From IMG/VR virus record IMGVR_UViG_3300022602_004116, positions 1-48,066 of that record: DNA of 48,066 nt; one strand, given 5' to 3'. Shown here piece by piece: positions 1 through 7,929 of this stretch. A program made the translations under genes and the position numbers. The notes below the pieces were generated by a model, which was given only the letters and a program-made list of their open reading frames with translations, was not told the origin of the DNA and did no database searches. Numbering within the stretch: position 1 is the stretch's first letter; each line of letters opens with the position of its first letter. This DNA comes from a virus. Taxonomy: Duplodnaviria; Caudoviricetes.

Positions 1-253
1 GGCGGTACAAATCAGCAATAATTTTTGCATATATATCTCTTGAAAAAGGAAATTGCCCGTATCGTTCCAGGGCCTTCTCATCAATATTTACCACATCTAC
101 ACCTATTGTTTCAGTGGGCCGGCTGGTGACCAGGGTATCAAAGTAACGCAGGCGAACCGATTCAACAAAGGTAGGATCTGCTATGCGTAAGGCTGTAACA
201 AGTGCTAAGGTTAGTAGAGCAGTCCACGGACTGACAAGTATTTTTTTGAACAT
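1..253 (-). CDS. CHASE2-domain membrane sensor, N-terminal part (probably adenylate/guanylate cyclase); runs off the window
   Basis: Absent from the ORF track. ATG at 253 gives MFKKILVSPWTALLTLALVTALRIADPTFVESVRLRYFDTLVTSRPTETIGVDVVNIDEKALERYGQFPFSRDIYAKIIADLYR: one TM helix, then the CHASE2 signature V-x-IDE-x-x-L-x-x-x-G-x-(W/F)P(W/F)-x-R. The cyclase domain is not in the window and is inferred. Confidence 0.8.
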   Translation of the reverse strand, partial: MFKKILVSPWTALLTLALVTALRIADPTFVESVRLRYFDTLVTSRPTETIGVDVVNIDEKALERYGQFPFSRDIYAKIIADLYR

Positions 254-396
254 CAAGTATTTATTATGTGATGTGGTTCAGCTGGGCGAGAAAGCAAACT
301 GTTCAGAAACTGATCTATGCTGTCAAATACCACTTGTTCTACGGTGCCATTGGTACAATGTATTAGAATGGTTTTTGGAAAAGATGTGTTTTTCAT
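253..396 (-). CDS. small hypothetical protein (47 aa)
   Basis: MKNTSFPKTILIHCTNGTVEQVVFDSIDQFLNSLLSRPAEPHHIINT*. ATGA overlap with the rimK stop and TGATG overlap with the CHASE2 start. Confidence 0.55.
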   Translation of the reverse strand: MKNTSFPKTILIHCTNGTVEQVVFDSIDQFLNSLLSRPAEPHHIINT

Positions 397-1277
397 TGTA
401 TTCTAAATTTCACGTATTCGGTGATCAAATCTGCCACATCTACACCGCAGTAGCGTTCAAAGCCACTGAAGCCAGGATTTGAGTTGGCTTCACACACTCT
501 GAAGCCTCTCGAGTCAAACAGGAGATCAATGCCGGCTATGTCTAAATTCAAGGCTTTGGCTGTTTCACGTGCCAGGTATTCTATTTCCTCGGTGAGCGGG
601 TAGTTTTCTCCAGTGCCGCCATTGGTGATGTTGGCACGGAAGTCACCTTCGGGTGCAGTACGACGCATGGCACCTATGACCTTGCCGCCAATGACCAACA
701 CACGTAAATCTTCGCCAACTCTTTCGCCCAAATACTCTTGTACAATCATTGTTTTCTTGTTGCCAAGATTGTCAATAAATTCCATCAGCTTCTTGTAATC
801 GCGTTTGCGTTCACACAGGTACACGCCCTCGCCATACGATCCTGTAACTACCTTGACCACGCAAGGAAAGCCGATGTTGTTTTCAACCAAGCCGTCATCT
901 ATAGGCAAACGTACCATCATGGTGTTGGGAATAGGAATACCTGCACGGCTCAATATTTGACTGCTACGCAATTTGTCTTTGACCGTTTCAATAGGCAAGC
1001 TGCCGTTGATACAGGGTACACCTGCCTGTTCAAAATGTCTAACAACTGCCAGCTGGAATGGCAGTATTCCTGCACCCAGTCGCACAAGAACCAACTTAGG
1101 CAACAACATATCTTCGCCTTGGTATTTGATTCCACTGTGTATGTCTTTGTTTACAATAATATCAAAATCGTCAGGATGACACATGCGAGCATCAATGCCC
1201 TTGGCTGTAAAACTTTCAACCAATCGTTCAGATTCGTATTCGTTGCGATCTAATTTAGTCAGTATCAGTACTGTCAT
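393..1277 (-). CDS. rimK: RimK-family ATP-grasp alpha-L-glutamate ligase
   Basis: Motifs DKLRSSQIL, FPCVVK..GSYGEGV, QEY, DLRVLVIGG, FRANITNGG, GIDLL, EANSNPGF. Confidence 0.9.
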   Translation of the reverse strand: MTVLILTKLDRNEYESERLVESFTAKGIDARMCHPDDFDIIVNKDIHSGIKYQGEDMLLPKLVLVRLGAGILPFQLAVVRHFEQAGVPCINGSLPIETVKDKLRSSQILSRAGIPIPNTMMVRLPIDDGLVENNIGFPCVVKVVTGSYGEGVYLCERKRDYKKLMEFIDNLGNKKTMIVQEYLGERVGEDLRVLVIGGKVIGAMRRTAPEGDFRANITNGGTGENYPLTEEIEYLARETAKALNLDIAGIDLLFDSRGFRVCEANSNPGFSGFERYCGVDVADLITEYVKFRIQ

Positions 1278-2028
1278 CTGTGGCCTTTGTCCAAGTTACT
1301 ATTTCCCAACGCCCATCGTGGTGTTCCACCAGAGCTGTCATTGATTCTACCCAATCGCCATCGTTCATGTATACCACACCGTCTATTGTTTTGATTTCAG
1401 CATGATGTATGTGTCCACAAATGACTCCATCAAATCCACGCTTCTTACAATAGCCTGCTAAATTTTTTTCAAATTGAAAAATGAAATCTACGCTGCTTTT
1501 TACTTTGTGTTTGAGATAACGACTCAAACTCCAATAACCAAAGCCCAGTCGATGTCGTACAGCATTTAGCGAACTGTTCAAGTTTAACACAAAGTCGTAG
1601 GCCTTGTCACCTAAAAAGACCAACCAGGGTGCTAGTTTGCTAATGCCATCAAATAGATCTCCGTGTGTGACCAAGTATCTTAGACCATCTACTCCCACAT
1701 GCTCGCACTGGTTTGCTATTTCCACTTGGCCAAAGCCCATGCCATACGGTATTAGTGGACGAAGAAACTCGTCATGATTGCCTGCTATATATATTACCCG
1801 TGTACCTTTTTTAGCATGGCCTAATATTCGTCTAATTGCGTTGGTGTGGCTTTGTTTCCATTTCCACTTGTTCTGTTGGATCTTCCAGGCGTCAATGATG
1901 TCGCCGACCAGGTAAAGCGTATTGCAGGTATTGTGTTTGAGAAAGTTATTGAGTTCTTCGGCTTTGCAATCTCTGGTACCGAAATGTATGTCACTAACAA
2001 AAATTGAGCGATAGGTTTTGGATTTCAT
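1255..2028 (-). CDS. LpxH-like UDP-2,3-diacylglucosamine diphosphatase (calcineurin-like metallophosphoesterase)
   Basis: Motifs SDIH, GDIID, GNHD, HGD, CGHIH, NDGDW. Start at 2028 preferred because it lies 5 nt after TAAATA. Confidence 0.85.
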   Translation of the reverse strand: MKSKTYRSIFVSDIHFGTRDCKAEELNNFLKHNTCNTLYLVGDIIDAWKIQQNKWKWKQSHTNAIRRILGHAKKGTRVIYIAGNHDEFLRPLIPYGMGFGQVEIANQCEHVGVDGLRYLVTHGDLFDGISKLAPWLVFLGDKAYDFVLNLNSSLNAVRHRLGFGYWSLSRYLKHKVKSSVDFIFQFEKNLAGYCKKRGFDGVICGHIHHAEIKTIDGVVYMNDGDWVESMTALVEHHDGRWEIVTWTKATDDSTDTD

Positions 2029-2062
2029 ATCCATATTTATCGCTCAAACAGACATTGGGTCG

Positions 2063-2257
2063 TTACAGTTTTGTTAAACTACTTTTTAATGACTGTTTCT
2101 TCTTGCGTATTTCTTCTATTTCTTTTTGATACTCGGCTTGAGCTTTGGCCGTACTACGTTCGTGTGGTATCTCAACAATTCGGTGCATGGCATAAGCGAC
2201 GGCTACACCAAACAAGCCACCGGCAATCTGTACAAAAGGTTCAATAGACATACGCAA
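2063..2257 (-). CDS. small membrane protein
   Basis: N-terminal hydrophobic segment and charged tail; lies in the gene-dense minus strand. Confidence 0.5.
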   Translation of the reverse strand: MRMSIEPFVQIAGGLFGVAVAYAMHRIVEIPHERSTAKAQAEYQKEIEEIRKKKQSLKSSLTKL

Positions 2258-2429
2258 CTTCCTTTAAGAAAGGATATTTCATTATCATAAAATCTCTATA
2301 CTCCACAGGTATATAAAATTCAACGCTGTTTCTGCTGGTTTCAAAATAGCCACCTGCTTCTTGTACATACAAACTGATGTCATCTGCTTCAGGATGACTG
2401 TCCCACTTACTCATGGTAAATGATATCAT
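2241..2429 (-). CDS. hypothetical protein
   Basis: AGGAG Shine-Dalgarno upstream of the ATG. Confidence 0.6.
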   Translation of the reverse strand: MISFTMSKWDSHPEADDISLYVQEAGGYFETSRNSVEFYIPVEYRDFMIMKYPFLKEVAYVY

Positions 2430-2479
2430 TTTTGCTCCTTTGTCGGCTTGAGCCGATCTTATTATGGTACTGCTACTGC

Positions 2480-3952
2480 TTAGTTGCCCTGTCTTACTGT
2501 CACTGTTCCACAGGCAGTGGCACAGCTTTGTGTTACCGAATAGTTCTGTCCACCTGTTTGTGTCAGATTCACTGACGCTGGTGCCCCTGCATTTATCAAA
2601 GTTATTGCCGCCGTGTTGGCGCCACCAGCCCCAGTGTTGCTTTGATTTACCACCGCAGAGTTGCCATTGCCTGTGGAATTGATGTTGACGTAACCTGCGC
2701 TGATTCCTGTTTGCGTTGTGGTTATGTTGTTGCTGTTGCCTGATACTGTGGCAAACAACTGATTACGTGCTGTGCCAGTTTGTGTAATACCCACGGTGTT
2801 CAAGTTGCCCACTATGGCCACACTGGAGAATTGTCCGGCATTAGTGGCAGTATTTTCCTGTACTACCGTTAACGTATTACCAGAACCATTCACATAGTCA
2901 AACTGATAGTGTCCGCCAGTATCCAAGCCGGTTGAATTACCGTTGGCATCGGTGCCTTGATTCAGGTTAAGTGTGTTGTTACCACCTGTGGCGGCCAAGT
3001 CAATCAGGTTGTTGTTTGATTGCTGGCGAACGGTAATGTGATTGCCTCCGCCGGTGATGGGTGCGGCCGTGGTGTATCCTGGTCCGTTTGCAGTACTTGT
3101 TGCTCCGTCAATACGGTTTCCGGCACCTTTTTGTGTAATATTAATGGTGTCGCCTGTGCCAGTTTGATTTATATAAATGCTGTTGTCACCCAAGCCAGGC
3201 ATTCTTGAGGCCACTGAGTCGACCATTTGTTGTTGTGTGCCAGTGATGGTTGAAGATCCACCTGTGTCAGTTGTACTGATCAGTGTAGCGGCGCCATTGT
3301 TGGCGGTAGTCTGACTACCATCGCTGTAGTAGGTAATGGTCACAGGCTGGCTGTAGGTAGATGTCACAGATCCTGATGTTGATGTGGTTGTGACAGTTCC
3401 GCTACCTGTTCCTGTGACACTGGGCCCCCAATAACTGGCACTGGTAGCCATCATTGATGTGGGTACTATTTGCCAGTTGCCATTGGTATACCAGTAAAAC
3501 TGTACCGCGGCACCGCCACCATTTTCATAATACCATATGTCGGCTGACACTATTTGTCCGGCTGTGAGATAGATACTGCCTGATCTAAATGTGGTACCTT
3601 GTTCGCACCAACAGGCAGTTACTACAGTATTGTTGATGGTTAACTGATTACCGTCGTCACTGGCTACTCCAAAGTAGTAGGTACCTGTGGTAGGTGCTCT
3701 CAAGTAGCCCTGAAAGTGTATGATAACTCCATCATACAGTCGGCTGTCTAACACTAACCCACTGCCCCAGTCATAATTGATTGATGTGGTTACACCTGTA
3801 GTATCTACAGTTCTGTTGTTAATGCTGGGGCTTGCGCCGCCGCCATAGTAGGTGGTATAGTTCCAACCTGCAACAGACTGTGCGTGAACTCGATCGCAGT
3901 AACCAAGTCCGGCAATTAAAATAGCAGAGAACAAGTAGGCAAAGAATTTCAT
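2480..3952 (-). CDS. secreted PA14-domain + curlin-like repeat protein
   Basis: Signal peptide (AHA/VHA-Q). PA14 motifs INYDWG, F.GYL.AP.TG.Y.F..SDDG..L.IN, YYENGGGA. C-terminal Q-x-G-x-x-N beta-repeats beginning NSIYINQTG. Confidence 0.8.
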   Translation of the reverse strand: MKFFAYLFSAILIAGLGYCDRVHAQSVAGWNYTTYYGGGASPSINNRTVDTTGVTTSINYDWGSGLVLDSRLYDGVIIHFQGYLRAPTTGTYYFGVASDDGNQLTINNTVVTACWCEQGTTFRSGSIYLTAGQIVSADIWYYENGGGAAVQFYWYTNGNWQIVPTSMMATSASYWGPSVTGTGSGTVTTTSTSGSVTSTYSQPVTITYYSDGSQTTANNGAATLISTTDTGGSSTITGTQQQMVDSVASRMPGLGDNSIYINQTGTGDTINITQKGAGNRIDGATSTANGPGYTTAAPITGGGNHITVRQQSNNNLIDLAATGGNNTLNLNQGTDANGNSTGLDTGGHYQFDYVNGSGNTLTVVQENTATNAGQFSSVAIVGNLNTVGITQTGTARNQLFATVSGNSNNITTTQTGISAGYVNINSTGNGNSAVVNQSNTGAGGANTAAITLINAGAPASVNLTQTGGQNYSVTQSCATACGTVTVRQGN

Positions 3953-3953
3953 G

Positions 3954-5108
3954 TCAGTTCTGCTTGATTGTTATAATGGTGTTGCCACCGGCGTTGATGC
4001 GATTACGAATGGCAACATTTTCACTCTGTGTCTGTGTAACCGTTGAATTTTGTCCGTGTGGTGTGGCGACGCAACTGGTGTTGTTGCCAGAGTCTGTGCG
4101 ACATAGTGTAACACTGATAGGATCAACAGTGGCTACTACCCCAGATTCTTTTTTGTAGTCCGGTAGGATTCCGTTGGTTTTTGGTGCCAATAGGTTACCA
4201 AACTCTGAGGCCAACTGTTCATTCAACAAGGTCAACACATTGGCCAGAAAATCTTGATCTAAGAAATTACGTTGTAGTGCATTGCTCATAAAGGTTGCAT
4301 TTTGTGCGGCCAACACACTACCAAGATCGACACCCTGTAGGAAGTTTTGGCTAAGTGCCGACACAGCCATTTGTTTTTCTTCTTCACGTTGCTTGAGAGC
4401 GTTTTTGATTTCTTGCGGAGGTGCCAGGATCAGGATGTTGCTGATGCCATCTTCATTTAAGCGTAGTACAGCAGGTCGAGTTGGGGGTACATTACGTGCT
4501 GTTACCTTAGTGCCTTGGAATGGTTGATCCAATGTAACTGATCCAGCATCATTGATAACATCAATTTTACCAGTCTTGCAAAGTCTTTCTATTTCGTCCG
4601 GCATCATGTCCCGGCGTGGACATGATGGCAATAGGATTACTGTACTTTCACCCAGTTCGTCCACAGTAGCAGTAAAATCAGTACCGCGAACAGCAACGGT
4701 TGCAGTAGGAGTGTTAATAGCAACCTTGTTAGGATTGTTGTGAGCAATCGCCCCTGAGGCGTAGCGGACTGTGCCTGAAGCCATGTTGAGAGCCAGCTTG
4801 CCAGCATCTTTATTTTTTGGATCGTAAACAAATTCATCAATGACCAGTTTGGAGTTTTCATTTACTTGTACTTTGGTATCATCGGCAAATACAATACCAA
4901 CTTTGCCTTTGGTTGTGTTGATGGCATCGGACATTTCCACGCCCGTACCTTTGGTGCCGGTCAAGGTTGTTTTGGCACGTTGTATCTGTGCCGGAGTATT
5001 CACTTGCTCGGTAATGGTGCCGACTGCGGCGTCGCACGTAGACACGATACCCAGCAAGAGTGTGAATATTCCTATGGTGCATATTAACGAGTTTGGCGTA
5101 TGGTCCAT
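3954..5108 (-). CDS. FecR-domain protein
   Basis: Signal/TM segment, then FADDTKVQVNENSKLVIDEFVYDP and INTPTATVAVRGTDF, typical of FecR-domain proteins. Confidence 0.85.
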   Translation of the reverse strand: MDHTPNSLICTIGIFTLLLGIVSTCDAAVGTITEQVNTPAQIQRAKTTLTGTKGTGVEMSDAINTTKGKVGIVFADDTKVQVNENSKLVIDEFVYDPKNKDAGKLALNMASGTVRYASGAIAHNNPNKVAINTPTATVAVRGTDFTATVDELGESTVILLPSCPRRDMMPDEIERLCKTGKIDVINDAGSVTLDQPFQGTKVTARNVPPTRPAVLRLNEDGISNILILAPPQEIKNALKQREEEKQMAVSALSQNFLQGVDLGSVLAAQNATFMSNALQRNFLDQDFLANVLTLLNEQLASEFGNLLAPKTNGILPDYKKESGVVATVDPISVTLCRTDSGNNTSCVATPHGQNSTVTQTQSENVAIRNRINAGGNTIITIKQN

Positions 5109-6010
5109 GCGTTGTTGCTACCGTTTGTTTGAATGTTTGCAACATTATTGCCACCTGTGGCTGTTTGATTTACGCTAAACGAGTTACTACCACCAGTTAC
5201 ACCTAAGATCAAGGTATTGTCATAACTACCCGACTGCGTCACTGTGTAGCTGTTGCTGTTACCAACTGCGGCACCACTCACAGTAAGACCAGTGGCATTG
5301 TAACCGCCAATGGTAATGTTGTTACCATTGGTACCACCATCTTGGGTCAAGTTGTAGGTGTTGTTAGCACCAACACTCTGTACATTGACCTGTGTGCCTG
5401 TTACTACCTGTGTATTAACACCTTGGTTCAAGGTCAAACTGTTACTGGCACCACCTGTCATTGAGATCTGATCGTTAGTACCAGAACCTTTGATGGTAGC
5501 AACTACACTATTGCTGGCACCACCTGCGGTTGTTGCTGTAAAGTTGTTGTTTGATCCCAATACATTAACATTCAAGTTGGCAGTATTGCCTGTTTGATTT
5601 GCAGTAATGTTGTTACTTTGGCTGGCACCTGTAGTACCTGCGTTATTACTGTCGATTATGGCAGTGGCATTGTCACCGGTTACGTTATAGGTAAAGTTAT
5701 TACCCGATGCTGATCCAGTGTTCTGCCCTGAGTTGGCCACACCTGTTTGTAGGCCCAACTGTAGGGTGTTTCCAGAACCAACTTGGCTCACGTTTACAGT
5801 ATTGTTGTTACCGGTAATAATTGCGGGCGTGGTTGGGCCCGATCCAGTACCTTGGATGCCTTCGACAACGTTGCTGGCGCCGTTCTGGGTCATGTTAATT
5901 GTCGAATTACTGCCTGATTGATTGATATAGATACTGTCATCAGCACTATATACAGTTGTACAAACAAGACCTAGCACTACTGTTATAATTTTAGCTAGTC
6001 TATATTTCAT
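5084..6010 (-). CDS. curlin-like (CsgA/CsgB-type) repeat protein
   Basis: Signal peptide, then N/Q/G/T/S-rich repeats (SIYINQSGSNSTINMTQNGASN, VNVSQVGSGN, ITANQTGNTAN, YNLTQDGGTN, VTQSGSYDN, IQTNGSNN). Confidence 0.75.
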   Translation of the reverse strand: MKYRLAKIITVVLGLVCTTVYSADDSIYINQSGSNSTINMTQNGASNVVEGIQGTGSGPTTPAIITGNNNTVNVSQVGSGNTLQLGLQTGVANSGQNTGSASGNNFTYNVTGDNATAIIDSNNAGTTGASQSNNITANQTGNTANLNVNVLGSNNNFTATTAGGASNSVVATIKGSGTNDQISMTGGASNSLTLNQGVNTQVVTGTQVNVQSVGANNTYNLTQDGGTNGNNITIGGYNATGLTVSGAAVGNSNSYTVTQSGSYDNTLILGVTGGSNSFSVNQTATGGNNVANIQTNGSNNAWTIRQTR

Positions 6011-6053
6011 TTTACTCTTTCCTTGGCCTTTGGCCTCTGTCCTGCGACTCCTA

Positions 6054-7349
6054 CTACTTCGCCGGTGCTACTCCTTCTCTTACTGCCTGGTCCGCTGGAA
6101 CATCTTCTTTCTTTGATTGGCCCAATGAAACTGTAGGTTCCATGGCCGGGTTGGTTGATGTTTTTGGTACCAATACTTCTTCTTTAATTCGTGCGGATTT
6201 AACATAACCTCGTTTACCGTCAGGTGTTGTTATTTCTGCAACATCATTAAATTCTGTTGGTGCTACCTTTACCACTGTGTCTTTGGGATAGATATGATAT
6301 AGTCCATAGCTGGGTCCGTTTAGATTTGACTTGTCAGTGTACACTTTGGTAGCATCCGCTAAACTTGTTTTCTTTTCAACTTTAATTACAGGGTTAATTT
6401 CTGCCATTGCGGGAACCGCCGCTGTAGTTGTTGCCAATACTGGTTGCGGCTTTAGATTGTCTCGGCCAAAATCATACCAAGCTCGTTCTGGTACCATTGG
6501 GTATCTGTATTCCCATACACCTTTACGCTCGCCTTCCTTGATCAACTCTACCACTGCACTTTCAACTGCGGCCTTGAGTGCTATTGTGGTTGCTTCGTTG
6601 ATTGTAATTCCTGATTCAAATTGGAATATACCGGCCACAGCACTTTGACTACCTGTGTTGGGTGCACCTATTTGTTTAACTAAGTCACTCATACTGCCGC
6701 CAGGGTCTACACTTTTAAAAATAGCAATGGCATCTGCGGTCGAATAAACCGTTTTTGTCACAGCGATAGTGGCCAATATTTTACCTGTGTTTACACTGAT
6801 AGCACGTAGGCTAATTGTGATAACATCTTTGCTATATTGTGTCGTTGGACCAATGCCTAAAAAATTGTAACCTGTACCGCCTGATTCCAGGCCTGAATCG
6901 TAGCCAATGATTCCACCTTCAATAATGATGCCAGCAAACTGCAACGGCATTAGCTTCTGTGCATTGGCACCTTCGTAGGCCTGGCGCATCTGTGTAATGA
7001 TCAAGCGTTCTTTGGTCAGTGCATCAATGTTGCCGCGTTCAACAACATCAAACCATTGTCCGCGACCCACGTCCTGTAGTGCGCGAATCAAGAGTGCATC
7101 ACCACCTTGTGTGACTGCGGTTGAGAAGCTGGCCACTCCGGGAGTTGCTTTGCGTTGTCCGGTCTTGTCTGAAAAGTTGTAGACTGCCACAGTTAGGCGA
7201 CCTTTGCCAGGAGGCGGAATACTGTCCAATTCCTTGACCATTTCCTGTTTCATTAATTTTGGTTTTTCTTCCAACAGGCCCACTTTCTGAGTGACAGCAC
7301 ACCCAGACAACATAGCAAGCAACACAGTTAAAAACAATAATCTTTTCAT
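6054..7349 (-). CDS. csgG: CsgG/HfaB-family outer-membrane secretion lipoprotein with C-terminal SH3b-like extension
   Basis: Lipobox LSGC. CsgG hallmarks VAVYNFSDKTGQRK, FSTAVTQG, WFDVVER, L.KER.II, EGGIIGYD, TQYSKDVITISLRAISVNTG. Confidence 0.92.
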   Translation of the reverse strand: MKRLLFLTVLLAMLSGCAVTQKVGLLEEKPKLMKQEMVKELDSIPPPGKGRLTVAVYNFSDKTGQRKATPGVASFSTAVTQGGDALLIRALQDVGRGQWFDVVERGNIDALTKERLIITQMRQAYEGANAQKLMPLQFAGIIIEGGIIGYDSGLESGGTGYNFLGIGPTTQYSKDVITISLRAISVNTGKILATIAVTKTVYSTADAIAIFKSVDPGGSMSDLVKQIGAPNTGSQSAVAGIFQFESGITINEATTIALKAAVESAVVELIKEGERKGVWEYRYPMVPERAWYDFGRDNLKPQPVLATTTAAVPAMAEINPVIKVEKKTSLADATKVYTDKSNLNGPSYGLYHIYPKDTVVKVAPTEFNDVAEITTPDGKRGYVKSARIKEEVLVPKTSTNPAMEPTVSLGQSKKEDVPADQAVREGVAPAK

Positions 7350-7825
7350 TATTGGCCGCCTGGTGTAAATTGTCCCATAGGAACATTGATAGTGGTCATG
7401 TTCATGCCGTCAAATACCTGTAGTTGTATACCCGATCCGCCACCAGGTAAAATCACCTGTCCCCAGCTGATATTACCAGCACCAAACGCTATTGATCCTG
7501 GTTGCACTTGGCCAGGAGTGCTGAACATACTGGTGGCTACGTTTTGACTGATTTGTGCGTAGATTCTTGACTCTAAGTTGGTCAAAAACTGTTGTAAGGG
7601 AGTGTTTGCAGCGGCTGCAGCGGCAGCATCTGCAGCGGCCTTGATCGAAGCGGCCACTGCCTGTTGGCGTGTGTATTGTTCGTTTTCAAGGCCCAGTTGG
7701 AAGGCACCGTAGCCAGAGCCGTTTAGACTGGGGCTTTTGAAACTGTAGTCATTGATAGGGGTAGCAGTTGCACCGAACGCGGTTGCTGTTAGGACGGCTA
7801 AAATAGCCTGTTTGATAAACTTCAT
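7349..7825 (-). CDS. csgF: CsgF-like curli assembly protein
   Basis: Likely start MKFIKQ at 7825 with GGAG. Signal peptide, then YSFKSPSLNGSG (CsgF F.NP.FGG-like), FLTNLESRIYAQIS and TTINVP. Directly upstream of csgG. Confidence 0.75.
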   Translation of the reverse strand: MKFIKQAILAVLTATAFGATATPINDYSFKSPSLNGSGYGAFQLGLENEQYTRQQAVAASIKAAADAAAAAAANTPLQQFLTNLESRIYAQISQNVATSMFSTPGQVQPGSIAFGAGNISWGQVILPGGGSGIQLQVFDGMNMTTINVPMGQFTPGGQ

Positions 7826-7887
7826 GCTCCAACCCTCTTTATAATTATTTTTATGGGGTATAGTCGTGAGACTATTATTCTTATTAG

Positions 7888-7893
7888 TATTTA
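7888..7893 (-). promoter_or_regulatory. late-type promoter core TAAATA upstream of the csgF-csgG operon
   Basis: TAAATA in an AT-rich intergenic gap; the same motif precedes many other genes in the window. Confidence 0.55.
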
Positions 7894-7929
7894 ACAAGAA
7901 CCGGTATAAAAGTTATGTGTGTTTATAAG

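Noticed and set aside
260-392. Possible tRNA/ncRNA in the gap next to rimK
   Set aside because: No cloverleaf could be built, and the gap is filled by a doubly coupled 47-aa ORF.
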